Assembly: GCA_039975135.1 (NCBI GenBank)
Contig: JBDWHS010000002.1
Span: forward strand, 41,479 to 105,478
DNA: 64,000 bases
Direction of reading: 5' to 3'
Source: Sneathiella sp.
Lineage (GTDB): Bacteria; Pseudomonadota; Alphaproteobacteria; Sneathiellales; Sneathiellaceae
In this document: piece by piece, positions 26,113 through 34,587 of the stretch
Position numbering within the stretch: the stretch's first letter is position 1
Layout: every line of letters begins with the position of its first letter
Notes under the pieces: generated by a model
Database searches by the model: none
Seen by the model: only the letters and a program-made list of their open reading frames with translations
What the model was told of the DNA's origin: nothing
Position numbers and translations under genes: made by a program

Positions 26113-27840
26113 ATGAAAGAACTGGATCCGATTACCCTCGCGGTTATTCAAAATGGCCTTATTCAGGTATGCAACGAAATGGATTTGGCCTTTGTTCGGT
26201 CTGCATTCAGTCCGGTGATTTCTGAAGCGCTTGATCGCTCTGACGGCATTTATGCTGCAGAGACCGGGGAGTTGATTGCCCAAGGTGAATTGGGGTTGCC
26301 GATTTTTGTTGGCACCATGCAGTTTTCTACTCAAGCCGTTATCGAGCGGGCGAAGGATGTAAAACCCGGTGATATCTACATCGTCAATGATCCTTATCTG
26401 GGTGGCACCCATTTGATGGACGTTAAATTTGTCCGACCTTTCTTCTACAAGGGGAAGCTCTGGTCGTGGCTTGCCAATACGGGGCATTGGCCAGACTTGG
26501 GCGGATCTGTGCCCGGTGGTTTCTCTGCCAACGCCACAGAAGTGGAGCAGGAGGGCTTGCGTTTGCCACCGGTCAAGCTCTTTAAAGAAGGCGTTCTGGA
26601 TGAGGAGATCCTCTCGATTATCCTGTCCAATATCCGAATTGCCGATCAACGGATCGGGGATATCAAAGCGCAGGCTGCTGCCCTCTCGATTGGAGAGCAG
26701 CGTCTGACGGATCTTCTGGATCGATATGGCGAGGATGTTGTCAGTCGTTCCATCAAAGAGCTCAAAGCCCGAGCCAGCGAGCAAATGTCAGCCAAGATCG
26801 CTGACATCCCGGACGGTACCTATCAGGGAACCGCCTACGTGGATTCCGACGGCGTTGTGGATGAGCCGCTTAAAATTGATATGCAGGTGATCTCTAAAGG
26901 CGGAGAACTGCATTTTGACATGTCCGGTTCCAGCGCGCCCTGTATGGGGCCGATGAATTCTGTCCTGGCAACAACAAAGTCATCTATCTACCTGGCGATA
27001 AAGCATATTTTTCCTGAAGTGCCGATTAATGCTGGCACATTTGAGCCGCTTAAAATTAAGGATCCTGACGGCACATTCCTCTATGCTAAATATCCGAGGC
27101 CGGTTTCCGGTTGTGCGGCGGAAGTCAGTCAGCGGATCGCTGAAGCTGTTTTCAATGCATTGGTTGATGTTATTCCAGATTTGCTGTTTGCAGCCCCCGC
27201 CGGGACATCCGGTAATCTGGCCGTGGGCGGCTACGACCCTGACAAAGACAAAGCCTATGTGATGTATGTGATTTCAGGTGGTGGTTACGGTGGATACAAG
27301 GAAGGTGACGGGCTTTCCAACGGCTGTTCTACGATCGGTATTTCCAAGACCACTCCGATTGAAGTCATGGAGCAGTATTATCCTGTATTGTTCGAAGAAT
27401 ATTCCCTGCATGAAGGGTCCGGCGGAGCGGGTGAATATCGCGGCGGCTTTGGTGTTAACTACAAGATCCGTTTGCGCCGCGGCCATGCGAGAGCATCCAT
27501 GGTGATGGATCACGGTCGGTATGGACCTCTGGGGGCTTTGGGGGGGCTGGATGGTGGCATCAACAAAGTGGCTGTTTATTCCAATGGCCAGTCCTATATA
27601 CCACCGCATCTTTCCAAAGATCAGGATATCCAGATTGAGGTTGGAGACAGTATTGCAGTCTCCACGCCAGGCGGCGGCGGTTTTGGCGCTGCCTTTGATC
27701 GTAACCCTGAGACTGTTGCGAGAGATGTCAGGCGCGGCTATTACTCAGCGGACCAGGCGGCAGACCGGTTTGGTGTCGTTCTGGAACCGGATGGTTCCGT
27801 TGCTGAACACCAAACACGGCAAAAGCGTCTTAAAACCTGA
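26113..27840 (+). CDS. hyuB: Hydantoinase B/oxoprolinase family, B subunit
   Basis: ATG lies 1 nt after the hyuA stop. N-terminal LDPITLAVIQNGL. 575 aa. Confidence 0.9.
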   Translation: MKELDPITLAVIQNGLIQVCNEMDLAFVRSAFSPVISEALDRSDGIYAAETGELIAQGELGLPIFVGTMQFSTQAVIERAKDVKPGDIYIVNDPYLGGTHLMDVKFVRPFFYKGKLWSWLANTGHWPDLGGSVPGGFSANATEVEQEGLRLPPVKLFKEGVLDEEILSIILSNIRIADQRIGDIKAQAAALSIGEQRLTDLLDRYGEDVVSRSIKELKARASEQMSAKIADIPDGTYQGTAYVDSDGVVDEPLKIDMQVISKGGELHFDMSGSSAPCMGPMNSVLATTKSSIYLAIKHIFPEVPINAGTFEPLKIKDPDGTFLYAKYPRPVSGCAAEVSQRIAEAVFNALVDVIPDLLFAAPAGTSGNLAVGGYDPDKDKAYVMYVISGGGYGGYKEGDGLSNGCSTIGISKTTPIEVMEQYYPVLFEEYSLHEGSGGAGEYRGGFGVNYKIRLRRGHARASMVMDHGRYGPLGALGGLDGGINKVAVYSNGQSYIPPHLSKDQDIQIEVGDSIAVSTPGGGGFGAAFDRNPETVARDVRRGYYSADQAADRFGVVLEPDGSVAEHQTRQKRLKT

Positions 27841-27859
27841 TCATGGACTTTCGGCTAAT

Positions 27860-27897
27860 CGCTGCCAAGGGGATTTCAATCAATTCCCTTGGCAGCG
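27860..27897. terminator. 12-bp perfect hairpin between convergent operons (no U-tract)
   Basis: CGCTGCCAAGGG (27860-27871) and CCCTTGGCAGCG (27886-27897), 14-nt loop. Sits between the hyuB stop and the dctM stop. Confidence 0.45.
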
Positions 27898-27924
27898 GTC
27901 TAATGACGCTACATTTAAGCGCCG

Positions 27925-29304
27925 TTACTTTGTTATCACCTCAGGGCCCATCACTGCATTTGGCAGCACTGTTGAAATCCATGGCACGTAAGTGACCAAA
28001 ATCAGGAACACAAACATAATTGCCAGGAATGGAAGTGCGGCACGGAAAATGCCCATCATCGACATATTGGCGACACCAGCAGTCACGAACAGGTTCAGGC
28101 CCACTGGTGGTGTTATCATGCCGATTTCCATATTCACCACCATGATGATGCCCAGATGAATTGGGTCAATACCAAGTTCCATGGCGATGGGAAAGACCAG
28201 AGGTGCGACGATAACCAGCAACCCGCTTGGTTCCATGAACTGGCCGCCGATCAACAAGATGACATTGACAATAATCAGGAACATAATCGGGCCAAAGCCA
28301 TAAGCCAGCATTGTCTGGGTGATCTGCTGAGGGATCTGTTCATCGGTAATGACATGTTTTAGGATCAACGCGTTTGCGATCACAAACATCAAAGTGATGA
28401 TCAGTTTGCCTGCATCGCGCAAAGTCCGCATTGTGTCTTTATGCCAGAAAGCCGTGATAAGCATTTGCGGGTTGCGCAGGATAGAACCTCCCTCCGCCAA
28501 CGGACCCATATCCCTATAGACGAATGTTGCAACAAGAAAGGCATAAACAGACGCAACGGCAGCAGCCTCAGTCGGGGTGAAAATCGCCCCGGTAACGCCT
28601 GGAATGCCATAAATACCAACCATGATGATGACGATCAGCATAAGGCCCCATACGGCTTCTCTAAAGCTTGCCCAAATCTCTCCGAAACCTTTGAAATCTC
28701 CCGCAGGCATGTTTTTGACCCGCGCCATAATGTAAATGCCGATCATTAGCATGGTGCCAGCAAGCAAACCTGGAATAACGCCCGCAAGGAACATGCGCCC
28801 CACAGAGACTTCAACAGCGGCAGCATAGACCACCATGACAATGGACGGTGGTATAAGGATACCGAGTGTGCCGGCATTTGCGATGACACCAGCTGCAAAT
28901 TCTTTCGTATATCCAACCTGCCGCATGGCAGCGATAACAATGCTGCCAATTGCAACAACCGTCGCTGGGGATGATCCGGATAGGGCGGCAAAAATCATGC
29001 AGGCAAGGACGCCAGCAATCGCGAGACCACCCCGTATATGTCCCACAAGCGCAATTGAAAATCGGATAATCCGCTGGGCTACGCCTCCGGTGGACATGAA
29101 GCTGGACGCTAAAATGAAGAAGGGGATAGCCAGTAGCGTTGAATGTCCTTCAAAGGCCTCAAATAATGTTTGGGCAACTGAAGCGAGCGAGCTGTCCGAA
29201 AACAGCAGCAGGAATGATATGGATGAAAAGCCAAGCGCAACTGCAATCGGCACTCCGGCAAGCATCAGTCCGATGACCAGAATGAAAAGAAGAAGAATTT
29301 CCAT
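27925..29304 (-). CDS. dctM: TRAP transporter large permease
   Basis: 459-aa polytopic ORF. Its start overlaps the dctQ stop by 1 nt. Confidence 0.9.
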   Translation of the reverse strand: MEILLLFILVIGLMLAGVPIAVALGFSSISFLLLFSDSSLASVAQTLFEAFEGHSTLLAIPFFILASSFMSTGGVAQRIIRFSIALVGHIRGGLAIAGVLACMIFAALSGSSPATVVAIGSIVIAAMRQVGYTKEFAAGVIANAGTLGILIPPSIVMVVYAAAVEVSVGRMFLAGVIPGLLAGTMLMIGIYIMARVKNMPAGDFKGFGEIWASFREAVWGLMLIVIIMVGIYGIPGVTGAIFTPTEAAAVASVYAFLVATFVYRDMGPLAEGGSILRNPQMLITAFWHKDTMRTLRDAGKLIITLMFVIANALILKHVITDEQIPQQITQTMLAYGFGPIMFLIIVNVILLIGGQFMEPSGLLVIVAPLVFPIAMELGIDPIHLGIIMVVNMEIGMITPPVGLNLFVTAGVANMSMMGIFRAALPFLAIMFVFLILVTYVPWISTVLPNAVMGPEVITK

Positions 29305-29975
29305 CAGTCCTGTTCTTTCAGTTTGTTGGCAGCTTTTGTTACATCTTCTTCAGCTTCATGGCTGACAATCAACAACTCCGCCTGGCCCTTCCATACTCGC
29401 AAGCCGGCTTGTGCAAATCGAAAAACCAGGAGGAGCATTGAAACAGGTAAAACCAGGTAGGGAACAAGCTTGGGCATTTTTTCATAGGCTTCTCCCTCAT
29501 TGAATATATCAGCGAGCCAGGTGAGGAAGAATGGAACTGGAATATCCTGCGTTTCATACCAACCTTGCCCGCGGAATTTCTCTACAAAGCCGGTCGGGAA
29601 CAACCTGCCTTCGGTTGGTGGCAGGTTGGCGTATGGTGCCCAATAGTCCCATGCGCCCTTCAATAAAAGCAGAGAATAAATTAGACAAACTGCAACCACG
29701 AACAAACCTAATCCGCGTTTGATGCGAGGAGAGAAAAACGCGACAATCGCATCAACGCCTAAATGCAGGGTCTTTTTTACGGCATAACTCGCCCCTAGCA
29801 GCACCAGCCAGGCAAACAGGAAAACTGTAAGTTCAAGCGCGTAAAATATATTGGAATTGAAAACATAACGAGCAACGACATTGGCAAATGTAGTCAGTGT
29901 CATGATGCCAAGAAGGACCGAAATAACCGTTTCTTCAATACGGTCAAATCGACTGTAAAATTGTATAGACTTCAT
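29304..29975 (-). CDS. dctQ: TRAP transporter small permease
   Basis: 223 aa, 4 TM helices, positioned between dctP and dctM. Confidence 0.85.
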   Translation of the reverse strand: MKSIQFYSRFDRIEETVISVLLGIMTLTTFANVVARYVFNSNIFYALELTVFLFAWLVLLGASYAVKKTLHLGVDAIVAFFSPRIKRGLGLFVVAVCLIYSLLLLKGAWDYWAPYANLPPTEGRLFPTGFVEKFRGQGWYETQDIPVPFFLTWLADIFNEGEAYEKMPKLVPYLVLPVSMLLLVFRFAQAGLRVWKGQAELLIVSHEAEEDVTKAANKLKEQD

Positions 29976-29992
29976 AATGTCTTCACCTTGGC

Positions 29993-30025
29993 GAAAACTC
30001 GAGGGCCGACACGCGTCGGCCCTCG
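29993..30025 (-). terminator. Attenuator/terminator hairpin between dctP and dctQ
   Basis: 11-bp stem CGAGGGCCGAC / GTCGGCCCTCG (30000-30010, 30015-30025), 4-nt loop. On the minus strand it is followed by AGTTTTC. Confidence 0.5.
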
Positions 30026-30052
30026 CTTATTCGCAAAGAGATTTCAGGGAGA

Positions 30053-31057
30053 TTATTTGCTCATCGCATTGATTTTTTGAGCCGCGTCGATATTTTCCTG
30101 ACCGACATCCTTGGCAAATTTAGCCCATACAGGCTTCATTACATCGACCCAAGCCTGACGTTGGTCGGCTGTCAAAACAACGACTTTACCACCCGCATCA
30201 ACAATAGCTTTCTTGGCACCCTCATTGACGGTAGTCGATTCTTTGTTTCGTGTTGCAGTCACCTCAGAAACAATTGTCAGAAATTGTCCCCGTACATCTG
30301 CTGGCAGGCCGTCGAGCCAATCAACAGACGTCACCAAAAGATAATCGATAATGCCGTGGTCCGTCTGAGTAACGCCATCCTGCACTTCGAAAAACTTCTT
30401 GCCATAGATGTTTGACCAGGTATTTTCCTGACCATCAACAACACCCTGTTGCAGCGCGCCATAAACTTCTGAGAAGGCCATTTTTTGCGGGCTGCCGCCA
30501 ATCGCCTCCATCTGGGCAACCAGAACGTCTGAAGATTGAACGCGGAATTTCAGGCCATTGGCGTCGGTCGGCGCAACAAGGGGTTTGTTAGCAGACATTT
30601 GCTTCATGCCATTATGCCAATAAGCGAGGCCCTGCAAACCACGTTTTTGCATACTGTCGAGCATGCCTTGGCCCGCATCTGATGCCTGAAACGCTTCAAC
30701 CGCGTTGATGTCCTTGAACATGAACGGCAAATCGAAGATGCGGAATTTCTTGGTGAATTTTTCAAACTTTGAAAGTGAAGGTGCTGCGAGTTGAACGTCA
30801 CCTTGTAACATTGCTTCAAGAACTTTGTTGTCATTATAGAGCGTGGAGTTTGGGAAAACTTCCATGCACATCTTACCGTTCATTTCAGCGTTCACACGTT
30901 TTTCCAACAATGTGGCTGCAATACCTTTAGGATGCTTGTCAGTGTTGGTAACATGGCTGAATTTGACGACAATTTCTCCTTCATCGCAAGCAGCGAAAGC
31001 AGCAGATGACGTCGAAACAAGTGCCACAACACATGCGGTCTTTAAAAGGGTCTTCAT
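30053..31057 (-). CDS. dctP: TRAP C4-dicarboxylate-type periplasmic binding protein
   Basis: Start trimmed to MKTLLKTACVVALVSTSSAAFA (GGGAGGA RBS 7 nt upstream). Strong resemblance to canonical DctP (IFDLPFMF, YWHNGMKQMSANKP, LKFRVQ). Confidence 0.9.
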   Translation of the reverse strand: MKTLLKTACVVALVSTSSAAFAACDEGEIVVKFSHVTNTDKHPKGIAATLLEKRVNAEMNGKMCMEVFPNSTLYNDNKVLEAMLQGDVQLAAPSLSKFEKFTKKFRIFDLPFMFKDINAVEAFQASDAGQGMLDSMQKRGLQGLAYWHNGMKQMSANKPLVAPTDANGLKFRVQSSDVLVAQMEAIGGSPQKMAFSEVYGALQQGVVDGQENTWSNIYGKKFFEVQDGVTQTDHGIIDYLLVTSVDWLDGLPADVRGQFLTIVSEVTATRNKESTTVNEGAKKAIVDAGGKVVVLTADQRQAWVDVMKPVWAKFAKDVGQENIDAAQKINAMSK

Positions 31058-31209
31058 AGGGTTTCCTCCCGGTTTGCGGCGCTTTCTTGCACCATTAATA
31101 TCATTCAAACCATTTGAGCGAGATAGCTCAACCCCAATTAATGAGAAAATTAGTTTGTACAATAAAACAATACGCTAACAGAAAGTTGAAGCTGGATTAG
31201 GCAAATTAA

Positions 31210-31223
31210 TCCGAAATTTCGGA
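31210..31223. promoter_or_regulatory. Perfect 14-bp palindrome TCCGAAATTTCGGA in the dctP / dctB-like divergent region
   Basis: Read directly. Overlapped by a second inverted repeat, GGATTA (31194-31199) / TAATCC (31207-31212). Confidence 0.35.
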
Positions 31224-31289
31224 CAATTTTCTTGCCAGGAATGGCTGAACAATTCTACTTATAATTCTCAATCCTGGAGCTTGCCTGTC

Positions 31290-32951
31290 ATGTTTCGTCG
31301 CGCGCTTGTCACATTTGGAATATATATATCCTTCGCTGCTAGTATTACTGGTTGGGTTTATTATGATGCGTTTGAAACGGCTCTCAGCAATGATCGGCAG
31401 GCTGGCCAGGTTCGCCTTTCAGAAGCTTCCAGCAGGTTGCGTGGCCAGCTTGATGTCTACCGGGCCCTAGTAAATATTGCAGCAAAAGATCCCAAGATGG
31501 CGCGGGCGCTTGCGTCTGTTGGAAATACCGATGTGAGTTTTGAACTGACCCTGCTTAAACTCACCTATGGTGCCTGGGAAGTTGATTTGGCAGACAATGA
31601 AGGTCGGATTGTCGCGTCATCGTCACCTGAACATCTGGGCTCTGTACATTCTAAGGAAGTGGTCCGGGCTGCGCTCAACGGGCGACTTGGTTACTCAGTT
31701 GAAGTCGATAAAGATCAACGTCTAGTTCGGTATAGTCGGCGCGTCCTTTCAAACAACTCAACCAGTCTTGGACTTGTGGTCGTTTCGGCAAATATGGCTG
31801 CGCTGGAGTTTGAATGGCCAATAACGCCAGAGCCAATGATATTTTTTGATTCCTCAGGCCTGTCCATGTCTGCTAACCGCCCAAGCCTGCTCCTCCTTTC
31901 GAACAGCGATGAATCAGAAAAGGCCCGTTTCCCATTGCGGGGAAAGAACAGTTTTACAAATGCGCGATTGATGACCTACCGATCGAATGAAGGTGTTGAG
32001 TCTGAAGTTCAGAGCTTAACCGTCTCGATACCTAACCTTCAGATGAACGGTCAGATCTTATTGAGTACAAAAAACGCTCGAGCGATCGCCTTATTGCGGT
32101 TGGGATTGGCGGTGGCTTTGTTGGTGGCTCTGGCTCTGATTGGTACAATATTTGTGCAGCAAAGACGCAGGCTTGCCTTGGAATCGCGGCATTCAGCAAC
32201 GCTTGAACAGCGAGTAGAGGAGCGAACTGCTGAACTTCAATCCGCACAAAACGAGCTTATGGAAGCGTCCAATCTAGCAGCGCTAGGCCGACTTTCTGCG
32301 GGCATCAGCCATGAACTGAACCAACCACTCGCAGCCATTTTAAATTACGCGGAAAATGGAAAGCGATTGATACAAAAATCCAGAAAGTCTGAAGTGTTTG
32401 AGAATTTATCTCAGATCGCAGATCAAATTCACCGAATTACCCGCATCATCAGTAATCTTCGTGCGTTTGCAAAGCAGGAAGCGACGCCTTCTGAATGCAT
32501 TGATCTGGTGGGGGTGGTCAAACGGGCAATGGATTTGATGCAGGCTGAAATTGCAACAGCCTCTGTATCTGCATCCGTTACAGTGCCTGATCACCCTCTT
32601 ATTGTAACTGCCGGCAAGCTGAGGCTTGAACAGGTTGTTTTGAATTTGGTTTCCAATTCTCTTGATGCCATGCACACGTCGGACGTGAAATCTCTCACCG
32701 TCAATCTGGAGGAATGTGGTGAGAATATTATTTTGAAAGTGCAGGATTCAGGGGGCGGCATAAAAGAGCCTGAGCGTGTGTTTGAGCCATTCTACACAAC
32801 AAAAGAACTGGGCGCATCCAAAGGACTGGGTATGGGACTGGCCCTGTCATTCGGCCTTGTGTCCCATTTTGGAGGGATCTTGAGTTGCCGCAATCATTTA
32901 CAGGGTGCAGAGTTCACTATGATCTTGCCAAAAGAAGGAGAAGCAAAGTGA
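31290..32951 (+). CDS. dctB: DctB-like sensor histidine kinase (periplasmic sensor domain, HisKA, HATPase)
   Basis: Two TM segments flank a periplasmic region of about 250 aa. H-box ISHELNQPLAAILNY. ATPase boxes QDSGGGI and GLGMGLALS. Start could be TTG 31281. Confidence 0.8.
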   Translation: MFRRALVTFGIYISFAASITGWVYYDAFETALSNDRQAGQVRLSEASSRLRGQLDVYRALVNIAAKDPKMARALASVGNTDVSFELTLLKLTYGAWEVDLADNEGRIVASSSPEHLGSVHSKEVVRAALNGRLGYSVEVDKDQRLVRYSRRVLSNNSTSLGLVVVSANMAALEFEWPITPEPMIFFDSSGLSMSANRPSLLLLSNSDESEKARFPLRGKNSFTNARLMTYRSNEGVESEVQSLTVSIPNLQMNGQILLSTKNARAIALLRLGLAVALLVALALIGTIFVQQRRRLALESRHSATLEQRVEERTAELQSAQNELMEASNLAALGRLSAGISHELNQPLAAILNYAENGKRLIQKSRKSEVFENLSQIADQIHRITRIISNLRAFAKQEATPSECIDLVGVVKRAMDLMQAEIATASVSASVTVPDHPLIVTAGKLRLEQVVLNLVSNSLDAMHTSDVKSLTVNLEECGENIILKVQDSGGGIKEPERVFEPFYTTKELGASKGLGMGLALSFGLVSHFGGILSCRNHLQGAEFTMILPKEGEAK

Positions 32952-33550
32952 TAGCCAAAGTTCTGGTCATTGAAGACGATGCTGTGCTGCGTGACTCCAT
33001 TGTGCAGTCGCTTGAACTTGAAGATCTGGAACCTATTCCAATGGGTAGTTTTATTCAGGCTCGCAGATCCATCCGATCGAACTTCAGAGGGGTTGTTCTG
33101 TCGGATATCAGGATGCCAGGCCATGACGGATTTGATGTGTTGCGCTTTGCACAGGCGCGCGACCCTGAATTGCCCATAATTTTACTGACCGGGCATTCCG
33201 ATGTTGCGACCGCCATGAAAGCTATCAAGGAAGGAGCTTATGATTATCTTGAAAAGCCATGTGACCCGGACCGTCTCACAGACACACTTCGCAGAGCATT
33301 GGAGCATCGAATGCTGGTTCTGCAAAACCGTCTCTATCGTGACGAACTAGACGCTCAAAAAACAAATATAGTCTCAGGCACCTTGGCAGAACAATTGGAG
33401 TATCACGAACGCAAGGCCATTGAGCAAGCGCTTGCGGCCGAAAACGGAAAAGTTGCGCAGGCGGCCCAACGCTTGGGTATTCCGCGTAACACCCTTTATG
33501 ACCACATGACCCGTTTACGAATAGTCGCAAAAGCATTTCGCTCGAATTGA
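32948..33550 (+). CDS. DctD-like response regulator lacking the sigma-54 AAA+ central domain (REC plus Fis-type HTH only)
   Basis: GTGA overlap with the kinase stop. 200 aa. REC motifs VLSDIRMPGHDG, LLTGHSD, YLEKP, joined directly to C-terminal HTH QAAQRLGIPRNTLYDHM. Confidence 0.8.
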   Translation: MIAKVLVIEDDAVLRDSIVQSLELEDLEPIPMGSFIQARRSIRSNFRGVVLSDIRMPGHDGFDVLRFAQARDPELPIILLTGHSDVATAMKAIKEGAYDYLEKPCDPDRLTDTLRRALEHRMLVLQNRLYRDELDAQKTNIVSGTLAEQLEYHERKAIEQALAAENGKVAQAAQRLGIPRNTLYDHMTRLRIVAKAFRSN

Positions 33551-33615
33551 CAATAGAAGCCAGGCATGATGACGCCGAGGCGGGGGCCAGGCTGTTTAAT
33601 CAATGCAGATCGGTC

Positions 33616-34587
33616 TTAAAGCCTGACCCCGAACTTTCGACCAATGGCTGCCAAGGGAGTGGCAATTAATCCCTTTGGGAGCAGGACGACACTGATCATA
33701 AAGGCAATCCCGAGAAGCAGGATCCAGTAATCTCCAAAAATCTCGGAAAGCCAGCTTTCGGCAAAGCGGGTTAAGATAGCGCCAAGAAAGGCCGCCATCA
33801 GCATTTCTTTGCCGCCAATGGCCACCCATATCAGGATCTCTGTCGATAGGGTGAACCCCATGAGAGTTGGAGAAGCGAAGCCGTCCACGGTCACAAACAG
33901 TGCGCCCGCCAAACCGGCAATCGCAGCGCTGAGCGCAAACACCGACAGCTTGATTTGCAAGACGCTGAAGCCAAAAAAAGCAAGCCGATCAGGATGGGCT
34001 TTTAAAGCGGTCAACAGGATGCCATAGGAAGAGCGGGTCAGTAGAGAGATGCCGATAAAAATACTGAAGACCGTGATCAGCAATGTATAAAAAATCGGAA
34101 TACTGTCCCAAAGTTCGAAATCGAACCAGAAAAGGCCGATATTGAGCGGAGGAATATCCAACAGGCCATTATAGCCTCCAAGGGCATACCAGTTGCTCAT
34201 CAACCGCTCGAGAACAATGGCGATGGCGAGTGTGACAATGGCAAGATAGGGGCCGTTGATGCCTTTGCCGGCAAACAGAAAATATCCAAGAATGACAGCA
34301 AATAAAGCAGCGGCAAATACGGAGCAGAAGAGGCCGAGATAACTGTTGATCAGCCAGGGGAACAGCATTCCTTTGGTTACAATGGCCATCACATAGCCGC
34401 CAATGCCAAAAAAAATCGCCTGTCCAAAACACAGAATACCGCCATAGCCCCAGACAAGCGAGAGGGATAAGGCGAGAAGGCCGTAGATCAAATAGTAATT
34501 GAGTTGGGAAATCCAGTAGCTGCCGACAAAAAGAGGGGCGACTGCAAAAAGGCCAGCGAGGAGGAAAAGCGGGATGAGGTGCCTCAT
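33616..34587 (-). CDS. Branched-chain-amino-acid-type (HAAT family) ABC permease, LivM-like
   Basis: 323-aa polytopic ORF. 4-nt overlap with the upstream permease gene. Confidence 0.85.
   Translation of the reverse strand: MRHLIPLFLLAGLFAVAPLFVGSYWISQLNYYLIYGLLALSLSLVWGYGGILCFGQAIFFGIGGYVMAIVTKGMLFPWLINSYLGLFCSVFAAALFAVILGYFLFAGKGINGPYLAIVTLAIAIVLERLMSNWYALGGYNGLLDIPPLNIGLFWFDFELWDSIPIFYTLLITVFSIFIGISLLTRSSYGILLTALKAHPDRLAFFGFSVLQIKLSVFALSAAIAGLAGALFVTVDGFASPTLMGFTLSTEILIWVAIGGKEMLMAAFLGAILTRFAESWLSEIFGDYWILLLGIAFMISVVLLPKGLIATPLAAIGRKFGVRL

Noticed and set aside
24078-27840. HyuA/HyuB plus the isochorismatase-family hydrolase (38321-39052) read as a creatinine/N-methylhydantoin pathway (N-methylhydantoinase plus N-carbamoylsarcosine amidase).
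   Set aside because: No creatinine deaminase/amidohydrolase or sarcosine oxidase genes are present. HyuAB is coupled to an XDH-type hydroxylase. The hydrolase carries the PncA-type Asp/His metal-site pattern. I keep this as the main alternative hypothesis to test, not as the call.
31085-31110. Possible sigma-54 promoter for dctP on the minus strand (TGGTGC-N-AGCG).
   Set aside because: The GG/GC spacing is off by one, and the element abuts the RBS. The cognate regulator lacks the AAA+ domain, so sigma-54 dependence is not expected.
30053-31162. N-terminally extended ORF-track models (30053-31162, 50599-52062, 23384-24055, 46785-47345, 54755-55645, 32885-33550, 9799-11241, 18413-21169, 26098-27840, 53846-54760).
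   Set aside because: The extensions overlap the preceding gene or lack an RBS. Internal starts give proper signal peptides, RBS spacing or ATGA/GTGA coupling, so the shorter models were used.
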